Source of the DNA: Candidatus Hermodarchaeota archaeon
GTDB lineage: Archaea > Asgardarchaeota > Hermodarchaeia > Hermodarchaeales > Hermodarchaeaceae
DNA: 44,135 bases
Direction of reading: 5' to 3'
Assembly (NCBI GenBank): GCA_016840065.1
Contig: JAEOTB010000066.1
Span: 1-44,135 of the forward strand
The notes beneath the pieces are model-generated. The model did not search any database and was not told the DNA's origin. It worked only from the letters and a program-made list of their open reading frames with translations. Below are positions 1 through 8,182 of this stretch, one piece after another (within the stretch, counting starts at the first letter, position 1; each line of letters starts with the position of its first letter). Made by a program: the position numbers and the translations under genes.

Positions 1-555
1 AGTGGTCTCGCCAAATTTTCTCCACCCATCAGCGTTCTTTTGTACGAGTGGCCAGACTTCCTCGGGGTCTTCTCTTCGCGCATCATCCGTGGCCTTCTCT
101 ACGATGTCTTTCCATAGCTGGATTCCCTCTGCTCTTCCCAACACTTCAGTGAGGGCCATGAGGCGGTGATAACGCAGGACTTCGGTTGCCCGGGATGCGT
201 CTAGTTGGAGAACATCGATTTCGGATTCTCCAACCGGAACCCGTTGTTTTGGGCTGAGCTCAGCGAGGGTCCACTTAATGACGACGTTACGAAAATCAGG
301 GTTCGCATTGACAAACTTGTATTCGACACCTAGTAGGCTGAAATCGCCTTCCTCGAATTCGGGGGTTGTCCTCTGAATGGTCTCTTCATACCGCTTTCTC
401 AGCACAGGAATGTACTCATCGAGAATTTCGGGTTTCAATTCTCTGATGTATTTGAGTATGTTATTAACGAGTCTTAGGTTTCCTGTAAGCAGTTCGTCAA
501 GTTTGATTTTCCTTCGTGATTCGGGGTTCCGTTTTCTGAAGTGTTTAATATCCAT
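1..555 (-). CDS. ATC-hydrolase/V4R-like family protein, subtype A (partial, runs off the window edge; not in the ORF track)
   Basis: Manual translation from ATG at 555: MDIKHFRKRNPESRRKIKLDELLTGNLRLVNNILKYIRELKPEI...PDFRNVVIKW...LRYHRLMALTEVLGRAEGIQLWKDIV. It aligns with the N-terminal halves of 585..1469 and 4850..5743. Confidence 0.85.
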   Translation of the reverse strand, partial: MDIKHFRKRNPESRRKIKLDELLTGNLRLVNNILKYIRELKPEILDEYIPVLRKRYEETIQRTTPEFEEGDFSLLGVEYKFVNANPDFRNVVIKWTLAELSPKQRVPVGESEIDVLQLDASRATEVLRYHRLMALTEVLGRAEGIQLWKDIVEKATDDARREDPEEVWPLVQKNADGWRKFGETT

Positions 556-584
556 AATTCTTCATCTTCACTATCTTCGCCTAG

Positions 585-1469
585 CTATTCCCGGTCTTTC
601 CCAAGCTTCCGGGTGAGCTCTAGACTCGGTTGCTCGGGATCCTTAAGGAATCGAGTATCCCAACGAAACTCGTCGCAAAAGGCAGCATGATGGAGGGTCT
701 GGGTTCGCCGCATGAAATGGGTTCTTGACTCGTGATTGAACTCGGGCGCATCCCCAGCGTAGCAAGTGGCAAGGTAGGCCCAGTCCGGGTCCTCCAGATC
801 CTTGAGGACTTCATGGATGATGCATCTGTCAAATCGAAAGACTTCGCTATGCTCATCGAACACGCTCTCGACAAAGTCGCCCAGCCCTATCTCACTCCAG
901 CTTTTGATCGCGTTTTGTCTCATCTCTGGGCGTCGGGGGCTTTCTTCGCCTTTCTCTTCCCGCTCCCTTCGCTCCTCCTCCATTCTAACTTGTTCAGCTT
1001 CATGCCGCTTACCCACTATACGTTTCCATAAGGAGATAGCTTCCTCGCGTTCTAGTATATCTGGCAAGGTTTTGACTGTGTGATAGGATAGCCGCTCGCC
1101 CGCCATGATAATATTCCAGATTCTGATTCCGATTTCCTTCGAACCCGAAGGAAGAGTTTCAGTCAGACCCAGATGTTTGATAACATAGAGGAGGATAGCA
1201 TCCTTGAGAACAGGATGGGCATTCAAGTGGTCAAGGTTCCTAGTAATTTCTTCGTGGTCTAACGAACCAGTATCGATTCTGAAATCCTTCACGACATCCG
1301 TTAAGCGCTTGGTTAATCTTTGGATGTACTTGGCGGCGATCTTCGGTTCGAGTTCACCAAGATACTGGAGGATCGAATCCATTCTTTCAAAGAGTCGGCG
1401 TATCCACTTATTCAGAGTAATCTTTCGAATTATGTCAGGATTGTATGCCTTGTAAATTTCAACTTTCAT
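585..1469 (-). CDS. L-2-amino-thiazoline-4-carboxylate (ATC) hydrolase-family / V4R-like protein, subtype A
   Basis: C-terminal C-x-x-HE...AYLATCYAGD...RRTQTLHHAAFCDEF, the family C...C..D...RTQTL....CDF pattern. Close paralogue of 4850..5743. Confidence 0.75.
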   Translation of the reverse strand: MKVEIYKAYNPDIIRKITLNKWIRRLFERMDSILQYLGELEPKIAAKYIQRLTKRLTDVVKDFRIDTGSLDHEEITRNLDHLNAHPVLKDAILLYVIKHLGLTETLPSGSKEIGIRIWNIIMAGERLSYHTVKTLPDILEREEAISLWKRIVGKRHEAEQVRMEEERREREEKGEESPRRPEMRQNAIKSWSEIGLGDFVESVFDEHSEVFRFDRCIIHEVLKDLEDPDWAYLATCYAGDAPEFNHESRTHFMRRTQTLHHAAFCDEFRWDTRFLKDPEQPSLELTRKLGKDRE

Positions 1470-1493
1470 TGATTTTCACCTTTAGGTTTTTCA

Positions 1494-2354
1494 TCACGAA
1501 TCGGGGGAGATGCTATCAAAGAACTCCTTGGGTGGGTGGGCGTAATCCTTAGTGATTCGGGTATCGTGGACTATGACATCGCAGTAGGGGTCTCCCCGAG
1601 CTATTGTGAGCTCCATCGTCATCTTGAAACACTTGTTACTGCTCCGGATATTCTCAAAATCGCCATAGCAGCAAACAAGGTACTTGAGTTCCCGGTCTAC
1701 TAGGTCATCTAGTGCTTCATCCCAGTAGCAGCACTCTTTACGAATGACCAGTTTACCGTCCTCGACCTCGCCCACAACGCGTTCCCATACGCTACTCTCC
1801 GGGGTAGCTTGAATTACATTTTCATAGAACTCCTCAAGGGTCTGGTACCGGTCCTCTTGGTCGGCTAGCCCCTCACGAATGTAGTCGTCGATGTGATGCT
1901 TGAAGATTCTAACTGCTTCGTCACGCGGAAAGGTTTCAGTCAAGACCTGAAGGTTTGTGTACTGAGGAATCAACGCAGAACGCAGGAAAATCCGGTGTGT
2001 AACTCCCACCTTCTCGGAGTCCCATCTCTTATCACCAGTAAGATGCAACAACCTGATGTGATAATTGAGATAGAATCCAGCAAGCTCGGGAAACTCCCTA
2101 AGACATGCTAAACCAGCAAGAAGAGTGGAAATATCAACACTCTTCAAGGCAAGATAATCTGTTCTCACAATCCCACGGTATCGAACCTCAAGGTTGGCAG
2201 TGTATTCAGCCATTCTCTTCGGCTGCTGTGCCTTTACCGTCCTAAGGAGGTTGTCAAACTTCTTTAGAAAGCGTTTCGCAAACTCCAGGACTTGATGTTC
2301 ATAAATTTCCTCTAAATAATCTGGGCGATACTCTCCAATTCTCCTAAACTCCAT
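1494..2354 (-). CDS. ATC-hydrolase/V4R-like family protein, subtype B
   Basis: KECCYW...RELKYLVCCYGDF...MELTIARGDPYCD motif. Confidence 0.78.
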   Translation of the reverse strand: MEFRRIGEYRPDYLEEIYEHQVLEFAKRFLKKFDNLLRTVKAQQPKRMAEYTANLEVRYRGIVRTDYLALKSVDISTLLAGLACLREFPELAGFYLNYHIRLLHLTGDKRWDSEKVGVTHRIFLRSALIPQYTNLQVLTETFPRDEAVRIFKHHIDDYIREGLADQEDRYQTLEEFYENVIQATPESSVWERVVGEVEDGKLVIRKECCYWDEALDDLVDRELKYLVCCYGDFENIRSSNKCFKMTMELTIARGDPYCDVIVHDTRITKDYAHPPKEFFDSISPDS

Positions 2355-2369
2355 TTTCTGTTTCCCTCA

Positions 2370-3242
2370 CTAATCCTCTTTGTCAGCTAGAGGCCAGATA
2401 CTATCAAAGAACTCCCTTGATGGATGCTCTACATCTTCGGCGATACGCATATCGTGATATACACAATCACAATACGGGTCACCTCTTGCGATGGTGTGCT
2501 CCATTGTAAGTTTGAAACGCTTGTTGAGTAATCGAACGTTTGTGAAATCTCCAAAGCAGCACACATAATATTTGAGTTCACGATCATCTAGATCGTGGAG
2601 TGCGACATCCCAATGACATGAGTCCTTGCGCGTTATGAGTTTGCCCGCTTCAACCTCGCCCACTACTCCAACCGAACCAGTATTCTCTGTCTCCATTGAT
2701 AGTATGTCCTGCCTGAGTTCTTCAAGGGTCTGAAACCTTTCTTCCTCATCAGCGATTCGCCACTTCACATATTCGATGACATGATGCTTGAATAGTTCAA
2801 TCGCATTGGTGCGGTTGGTGACAGCTGTCAACACCTCGAGGTTTGTATACCGGGGGACCAAGGCTGAGCGTAAATACGTTCGCTGGGTGATTTCCACCTT
2901 CTCAATTTCCCAAAAGGTCTCTTTAGGTAATTGCAGGAGCTGGAAGTGGTAATTGATATAGTTCCTTGCTAGCTGTGGATAATCACTCAGGTGGTCCAGC
3001 CCGGTAGTTAGGGAAGAAACATCAGCTGGTTTGAGTGAAAGATACTCCCCGCTCCAGAGTGCCTTGTATCGAGTAGAAAGGTATTCCATATACTGGGTCA
3101 AGATTTTTGGCATCTTTTGCTTGACGACACCTAGTAAGTGTTCAAGGTTCTGTAGGAGGCGTACCGCAAAGGTCTTCGGTTGATGCTCCTGTTTTTTGTC
3201 TAATACTTCTTCGCGATATTTCCCAACATGCCTAAACTTCAT
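2370..3242 (-). CDS. ATC-hydrolase/V4R-like family protein, subtype B
   Basis: DSCHW...RELKYYVCCFGDF...MEHTIARGDPYCDCVY motif. Confidence 0.78.
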   Translation of the reverse strand: MKFRHVGKYREEVLDKKQEHQPKTFAVRLLQNLEHLLGVVKQKMPKILTQYMEYLSTRYKALWSGEYLSLKPADVSSLTTGLDHLSDYPQLARNYINYHFQLLQLPKETFWEIEKVEITQRTYLRSALVPRYTNLEVLTAVTNRTNAIELFKHHVIEYVKWRIADEEERFQTLEELRQDILSMETENTGSVGVVGEVEAGKLITRKDSCHWDVALHDLDDRELKYYVCCFGDFTNVRLLNKRFKLTMEHTIARGDPYCDCVYHDMRIAEDVEHPSREFFDSIWPLADKED

Positions 3243-3263
3243 CGGTTGATCATCTCATTGGTT

Positions 3264-4130
3264 CTATTCTTTGTCAGCGAGTGGCCAAATGCTATCGAAG
3301 AACTCCTTTGAAGGGTGTTTGAAGTCCTTTGTGATTCGGGTGTCGTAATAGACACAGTCACAGAAGGGGTCTCCAGCGACGAGAGTGCCATTCATGGTGA
3401 GCTTGAAGTGCTTATTGAAGGATTGGACTCCCTCGTAGTCTCCGTAGCAGCAAACGAGAAACTTGAGCTCTTCGTCAGGGATGTCCGCTAATAGGGAATG
3501 GTGGAGGCAGCTGTCTCTGCGTGTAATCAGTTTCCCATCTTTTACTTCGCTAATGTTAGTCACGATACCCCATTTCTCTACATTGAGCAAAAACTCTCTA
3601 AGTTCCTCTAGTGTCTGGAACCGGTCGTCCATCTCTGCTATACGTTTCTGCATGTAGTCATTGATGAAGTCTTTGAAGAGCTGAATCGCCTTCTCACGGG
3701 GGATGGTCTCTGTTAAAATCCGTAAGTTGGTGTAAACAGGGAGGTACCTAGCCCGCATCCAGGTTCGCAGAATGATTTTTACTTTCGCGCTTTTCCATTT
3801 GGTCTCTTTGGCTAATTGCAGGAGTTGGAAGCGGTAATTGAGATAGAGTCTAGCTAGTGCGGGGTACTCCCTTAAGTGGATCAGCTCTGTAATCAGGGGT
3901 GAGACATCACTCTCGTCTAGTGAAAGATAATCGCTCTTCATGAATTGCTGATACCGTTTCTCTAGGTTTGCCACATATTCAGCTAGCGTTTTTGGCTGCT
4001 GTGCCTTAACTATTCCCAGAAAGTGATCGAAACTTTTCAGTATGGATTTCGCATACTCTTGAGGTTGATACTCCTGTGTTAGTTCGTCCATAACTTCTGG
4101 GCGACACTCGCCAACATGTGTGAATTTCAT
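3264..4130 (-). CDS. ATC-hydrolase/V4R-like family protein, subtype B
   Basis: DSCLHH...ELKFLVCCYGDY...GTLVAGDPFCDCVY motif. Confidence 0.78.
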   Translation of the reverse strand: MKFTHVGECRPEVMDELTQEYQPQEYAKSILKSFDHFLGIVKAQQPKTLAEYVANLEKRYQQFMKSDYLSLDESDVSPLITELIHLREYPALARLYLNYRFQLLQLAKETKWKSAKVKIILRTWMRARYLPVYTNLRILTETIPREKAIQLFKDFINDYMQKRIAEMDDRFQTLEELREFLLNVEKWGIVTNISEVKDGKLITRRDSCLHHSLLADIPDEELKFLVCCYGDYEGVQSFNKHFKLTMNGTLVAGDPFCDCVYYDTRITKDFKHPSKEFFDSIWPLADKE

Positions 4131-4142
4131 AGTTAATCACCT

Positions 4143-4823
4143 TCATTGATTCTTGGATTCGCAGCCACCAATGCAGTAGGAATTCCCTCTCATGGTGGTG
4201 TGTTCTATTGCTAGCTTGAAACCCTTGTTGAAAATTCCTTTATTTGCGGATTCTCCATGACAAACGATATACTTGAGTTCACGGTCAAAGAGCTCCTTCA
4301 ACGCTACATGGGTACAATCCTCATGCATAACCAATGGGTCGAGAGCTTGGAATTCAGAAATATGATGTTTGTAAAGCTCAATTGCCTTTGAGCGGTCGAT
4401 GACAGATGTTAGAGCCTGGAGGTTAGTATATCGAAGGAACAGCGCTGAACGCAGGTAGGTTCGTTGAGTAATCTCAACTTTCTCAGTTTCCCACTTGGTT
4501 TCCTTGGGTAGATTTAGGAGTTGGAAATGATAGTTCAGAAAATATCGTGCTAAATGCGGGAATTCACTTAGATGAGTCAGCTCTTCAACCAGGGGAGTAA
4601 CATCCTCATTATCTAGTGAAAGATACTTTCCCGTCCAGAGGCGGTCATATTGTGCCACAAGTGTTTCCGCATACTTAGTGACAATCGTTGGATGCTTTTC
4701 ATTGACGATTCCTAGCAGGTGATTAAGGTTTTCTAGGAGGTGTTCCGCAAACGGTTTTAGTTGATGCTGCAATACCTCATCCAAGATCTCTTCATAGTAT
4801 TTCCCAACATTCCTATAATACAC
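4143..4823 (-). CDS. Shortened/degenerate subtype-B paralogue (internal deletion, eroded C-terminal motifs; possible pseudogene)
   Basis: The N-terminal ~160 aa closely match 2370..3242 (EKVEITQRTYLRSAL). It lacks the segment between KHHI and the first Cys. VCCFGDF has become VCHGES and RGDPYCD has become RGNSYCI. Confidence 0.7.
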   Translation of the reverse strand: MYYRNVGKYYEEILDEVLQHQLKPFAEHLLENLNHLLGIVNEKHPTIVTKYAETLVAQYDRLWTGKYLSLDNEDVTPLVEELTHLSEFPHLARYFLNYHFQLLNLPKETKWETEKVEITQRTYLRSALFLRYTNLQALTSVIDRSKAIELYKHHISEFQALDPLVMHEDCTHVALKELFDRELKYIVCHGESANKGIFNKGFKLAIEHTTMRGNSYCIGGCESKNQ

Positions 4824-4849
4824 TCTTTCATCACCATTGATTCTAGCTT

Positions 4850-5743
4850 TCAGTCGTCTTGATCTCTACCAAGATTTCGGGTGAACTCTAAATCGGGCTG
4901 CTTGGGGTCTTTGTGGAATCGATTATCCCAGTAAAATTCGTCGCAGAAGTCTCCGTGATGGAGGGTCTGGGTTCTTCGTAGGTATTTGGTCCCGAAGGTG
5001 TTGTATTCGGGTGCGTCTCCAATGTAGCAGGTCGCGAGATATGCCCAGTCGGGGTCCTCAAGGTCCTTGAGGGCTTCGTGGGTGATGCAACAGTCGAACC
5101 GGAACACTTCGCTATGCTCATCAAAGACACAGGCTACGAAGTCTCCCAGACCTGTTTCGGTCCAGTGTTTGATGGCTCTTTCTCTCACTTCAGTGAGTGA
5201 GAGGATGCCTTCACCCTTTTCTTCTCTCTCCTTCTGCCTTTTCTCATACTCGGCTTTTTCTGTTTCTAGTCTTTTGGCAACTACCTTCTTCCATAAGGGG
5301 ATTGCCTCCTTGTTTCCGAGGAGATCTGCGATGGTCTTGGCCCTATGATAAGCTAACCGTTCATATGCCTTGGTGGTGTTGAGGCTCCTGAGATCGATTT
5401 CTTCAGAACCTGAAACAGGTAGTTCTTGTAAATCTAAGTGCTTGAACACATAGAGGATGACGGCGTTTCGCAGATCCGGATGCGTATTTAGATGGTCTAA
5501 ATCCTTGTTGATTTCTCCGTGGTCTAAGAATCCTGTGTCCATCTCGAAGTCCTTTATGACATCGGTTAACCGCTTCGTCAAGGCTGACACATAGTTGGTG
5601 GTGATTGTTGGTTTGAGTTCGCTCAAGTAGCGGAGAATCGAGTTTGTTGATTCGAGGGCTTCGCGTATTCTTTTATTGGGCGTTGTCTTCCTGATTGCGT
5701 CAGGATTCCAGGCTTTGTAGACCTTAATCTCCATTTTCTCCAC
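4850..5743 (-). CDS. ATC-hydrolase/V4R-like family protein, subtype A (first gene of the array)
   Basis: FDCCITHEALKDLEDPDWAYLATCYIGD...RRTQTLHHGDFCDEF. The C-terminus is nearly identical to 585..1469. Confidence 0.75.
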   Translation of the reverse strand: MEKMEIKVYKAWNPDAIRKTTPNKRIREALESTNSILRYLSELKPTITTNYVSALTKRLTDVIKDFEMDTGFLDHGEINKDLDHLNTHPDLRNAVILYVFKHLDLQELPVSGSEEIDLRSLNTTKAYERLAYHRAKTIADLLGNKEAIPLWKKVVAKRLETEKAEYEKRQKEREEKGEGILSLTEVRERAIKHWTETGLGDFVACVFDEHSEVFRFDCCITHEALKDLEDPDWAYLATCYIGDAPEYNTFGTKYLRRTQTLHHGDFCDEFYWDNRFHKDPKQPDLEFTRNLGRDQDD

Positions 5744-6027
5744 CCATAGTTCGGGCTATTACTCTGGTGGCTGGAAGCTGGGAGGCGTGAAAACCAGCTT
5801 ATCTCTCTCAATGAGTGAGAGAACACTCTATTTCTATGATAAAAGGCTTTCCATTTGGGCTAATAAAGTATCATGCGCTGAGAACGCTAATGGTCCTCTT
5901 CTGTCACGCTATAAGGTTTAGGGGTTCTAATTGATTTCAGGAACGCCTCTTCCTCACCCATGACAGGAGAAGGAACAAGACACTGGATAATACTGTCTTG
6001 AGTGCAAGCTTGTGTCGCTACTCCCGC

Positions 6028-6741
6028 TTAGCCCTCTCTCCACACAATCAGACCCCAATACTCCTTGAGTGCCCTGGACACAGAGCCTGATGTTTTAAGA
6101 CTCGAACGTGCCCAGAGCTCCACATTGTCATCCAAGCCAAGAGCAACTAGCTTCTGGCAGGCAAAGAGCGGCGACACATCCACGCTCACCAACCGATTCT
6201 TGTTGAAATGGAGTTCTCGTAAATCAGTGCAATAGCTGAGGGGAGCAAGATCCACCTCCACCAGCTGGTTCTTGGAAAAACTGAGCCATTGTAGGTTGGG
6301 GCATCGACTGAGGGGAGTAAGATCTACTTCGTTCAGATGGTTCTTGGAAAGGCTGAGTGATTTCAGTTTTTGGCATTGGCTGAGGGGGGAGAGATCCACC
6401 TGAATCAACCAATTGTTGTTAATAAGAAGTGTTTGTAGTTTTTGGCATTGGCTGAGGGGGGAGAGATTCACCACTGCGAACTGGTTGTCCGATAGCCAGA
6501 GCTTTTCTAGATTGTAGCAATGGCCTAGAGGAGTAAGGTCTACCTTCATCAACCGGTTCCTGGAAAGGCTAAGGGTTTGTAGTTTCTGGCATTGACTGAG
6601 GGGAGACAGGTCAATCGACGCGATGATTTCTCGACTGAGGTTGATGCTGGTTTCGTCGGTGCTAAACGTTTCTCGTATACGTTCTCCTCTGTGGGTTAGG
6701 TATTCGATTTCAACTGTTGATTCAGAACTTCTCTCTGGCAC
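6028..6741 (-). CDS. Leucine-rich repeat protein (22-aa repeats)
   Basis: About 7 repeats of VDLSPLSQCQKLQTLSLSRNRL. Paralogue of 13546..14169. Confidence 0.92.
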   Translation of the reverse strand: MPERSSESTVEIEYLTHRGERIRETFSTDETSINLSREIIASIDLSPLSQCQKLQTLSLSRNRLMKVDLTPLGHCYNLEKLWLSDNQFAVVNLSPLSQCQKLQTLLINNNWLIQVDLSPLSQCQKLKSLSLSKNHLNEVDLTPLSRCPNLQWLSFSKNQLVEVDLAPLSYCTDLRELHFNKNRLVSVDVSPLFACQKLVALGLDDNVELWARSSLKTSGSVSRALKEYWGLIVWREG

Positions 6742-6800
6742 ACATTTTGTCTCCTAAACGCAGATTCTTTATTCGCTTGCCTCAAAGTTGAAGATGAACA

Positions 6801-7469
6801 TCACGACTGAAGAAGTTCTCGCAACTGGTCTAGAATCTCCGGTTTTTCCACAAGAACCCCAAGCATACCTACTAGCTCAACAAGGAACTTGATGTCATCG
6901 ATACCAAGTCTCCCAAAGAGCTCGGTAAGTTGTTCGGTTCCCTGTATCGTTCTGAAGAGCTTCTTGATGGTCTTTTCTCTGGACACAAAGAACTCTAACA
7001 TTAGTTTCCGGAACGGGCTAGTATCCTCTTCAGAGATCTGGAAGAACTCCCAACACACAATCCTCAGGTTTCGTAGGAGGGCCTTACCCTGTTTGGTACG
7101 CCACCACTTCGTTCCTTCAGCCTCTTCTTCGGTGACGAATATGCGCGCTGCCCGGCAATAGAGCTTCTCTACCAATCTGCTATCTTTGGGCTTTCGGTGC
7201 CCAGCTACCTTAACAAGACCGGCAGCCTCGAGCTGATCGAGATGTCGGTAGATGGTTTTGATGGTCTTTGTAGGCCTTTGGGTTTCAGGGTCTTTGAAGA
7301 TGCCGTGGATCTCTTTCACTGTTAAGGGTCCTGTGATTAAGGCTTTGAGAATAATACCATGCCTTTCAAATAGTTTCAGTTGGTCCCTTCCAATAAACAA
7401 AATGGGTTCGGGCTCTGTCGTGATAAAGTCTTGGTGTTCTCCAGAATCTGGTCCATCTGTGGGGTTCAT
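6801..7469 (-). CDS. Winged-helix (ArsR-like) transcriptional regulator with C-terminal helical domain
   Basis: ILKALITGPLTVKEI...TIYRHLDQLEAAGLVKVAG...EKLY wHTH signature. Confidence 0.85.
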   Translation of the reverse strand: MNPTDGPDSGEHQDFITTEPEPILFIGRDQLKLFERHGIILKALITGPLTVKEIHGIFKDPETQRPTKTIKTIYRHLDQLEAAGLVKVAGHRKPKDSRLVEKLYCRAARIFVTEEEAEGTKWWRTKQGKALLRNLRIVCWEFFQISEEDTSPFRKLMLEFFVSREKTIKKLFRTIQGTEQLTELFGRLGIDDIKFLVELVGMLGVLVEKPEILDQLRELLQS

Positions 7470-7589
7470 TGTGGTTTAAGCTCCTTCTATGAGTTGTTGT
7501 TCTTTTGAGCTAGTTAGATAAGAAGCTAGTGATTGGAAAGCTTTGTCCTCTATTGGCACTTATGGTAATACTAATATATAGCATTGTCT

Positions 7590-7618
7590 ACCAATGACAT
7601 ACTATGTCATTCATTGGT
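7590..7618. promoter_or_regulatory. Palindromic putative operator in the divergent promoter region
   Basis: AATGACATA-C-TATGTCATT (7593-7611, perfect 9-bp arms) overlapping ACCAATGA-N13-TCATTGGT (7590-7618). It lies just downstream of the AT-rich TAATATATA at about 7572-7580. Confidence 0.65.
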
Positions 7619-7665
7619 CATATAGCGTCACCAATAAATCAGTAATGACAGCATCATCATAAGAC

Positions 7666-8103
7666 GTGAAAGAAATGATAAGCCAAACAAAGGAAGAACA
7701 ATCCATCCAAGAAGTAATAGAACGATTCCAGAAAGCACAAGCCACAGGAGACGAAAAGGAATTCCTAAAGATATGGCACCCCAAGGCTCAACGATTCAGT
7801 ATCGGTTTCAGCAAAGAACTCTTCGTTTTCTCCACAGAAGACATCCTCAAACTCCAGTTTGGAGGAATCCGACAACAGAAAGAGAAGGACCCCGATTTCG
7901 TTGTCACCTACAAGATGTGCAAGATTCAGCGTATCACGGTTCAACCAGATGCCCTAACCGCTTCCGCCTACACAACTTGGCAAATGAAGATAAAAGAAGA
8001 AGTCGTTGGCGACCACTCCACTTTCCTCAACTTCGTGAAAGTAGATGGAAACTGGATGGTAGCAAACGTTGTGGATCGTGGTGCTGAACCTAAGAGTTCT
8101 TAG
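7666..8103 (+). CDS. NTF2-like/SnoaL (lumazine-binding-2-like) protein
   Basis: IQEVIERFQKAQATGD...IWHPKA...FLNFVKVDGNWMV pattern. Confidence 0.8.
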   Translation: MKEMISQTKEEQSIQEVIERFQKAQATGDEKEFLKIWHPKAQRFSIGFSKELFVFSTEDILKLQFGGIRQQKEKDPDFVVTYKMCKIQRITVQPDALTASAYTTWQMKIKEEVVGDHSTFLNFVKVDGNWMVANVVDRGAEPKSS

Positions 8104-8182
8104 GTTCACTATGTCCTGCATGTAGCCCTTCATCTACCACAAAAAGGCGAAACACTCAATTAGTAGGCGGTATTGAAGAACG

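Noticed and set aside
377-5826. Short alternative-frame and antisense ORFs over the ATC-like array (e.g. 377..616, 620..874, 802..1083, 4888..5130, 5067..5348)
   Set aside because: They are shadows of the real paralogues. Their mutual similarity only reflects the underlying gene duplication.
6200-6620. Regular ~66-bp DNA repeats as a CRISPR array
   Set aside because: They are in-frame LRR coding repeats with no unique spacers and no cas genes. The propeller repeats at 31300-32420 are likewise coding.
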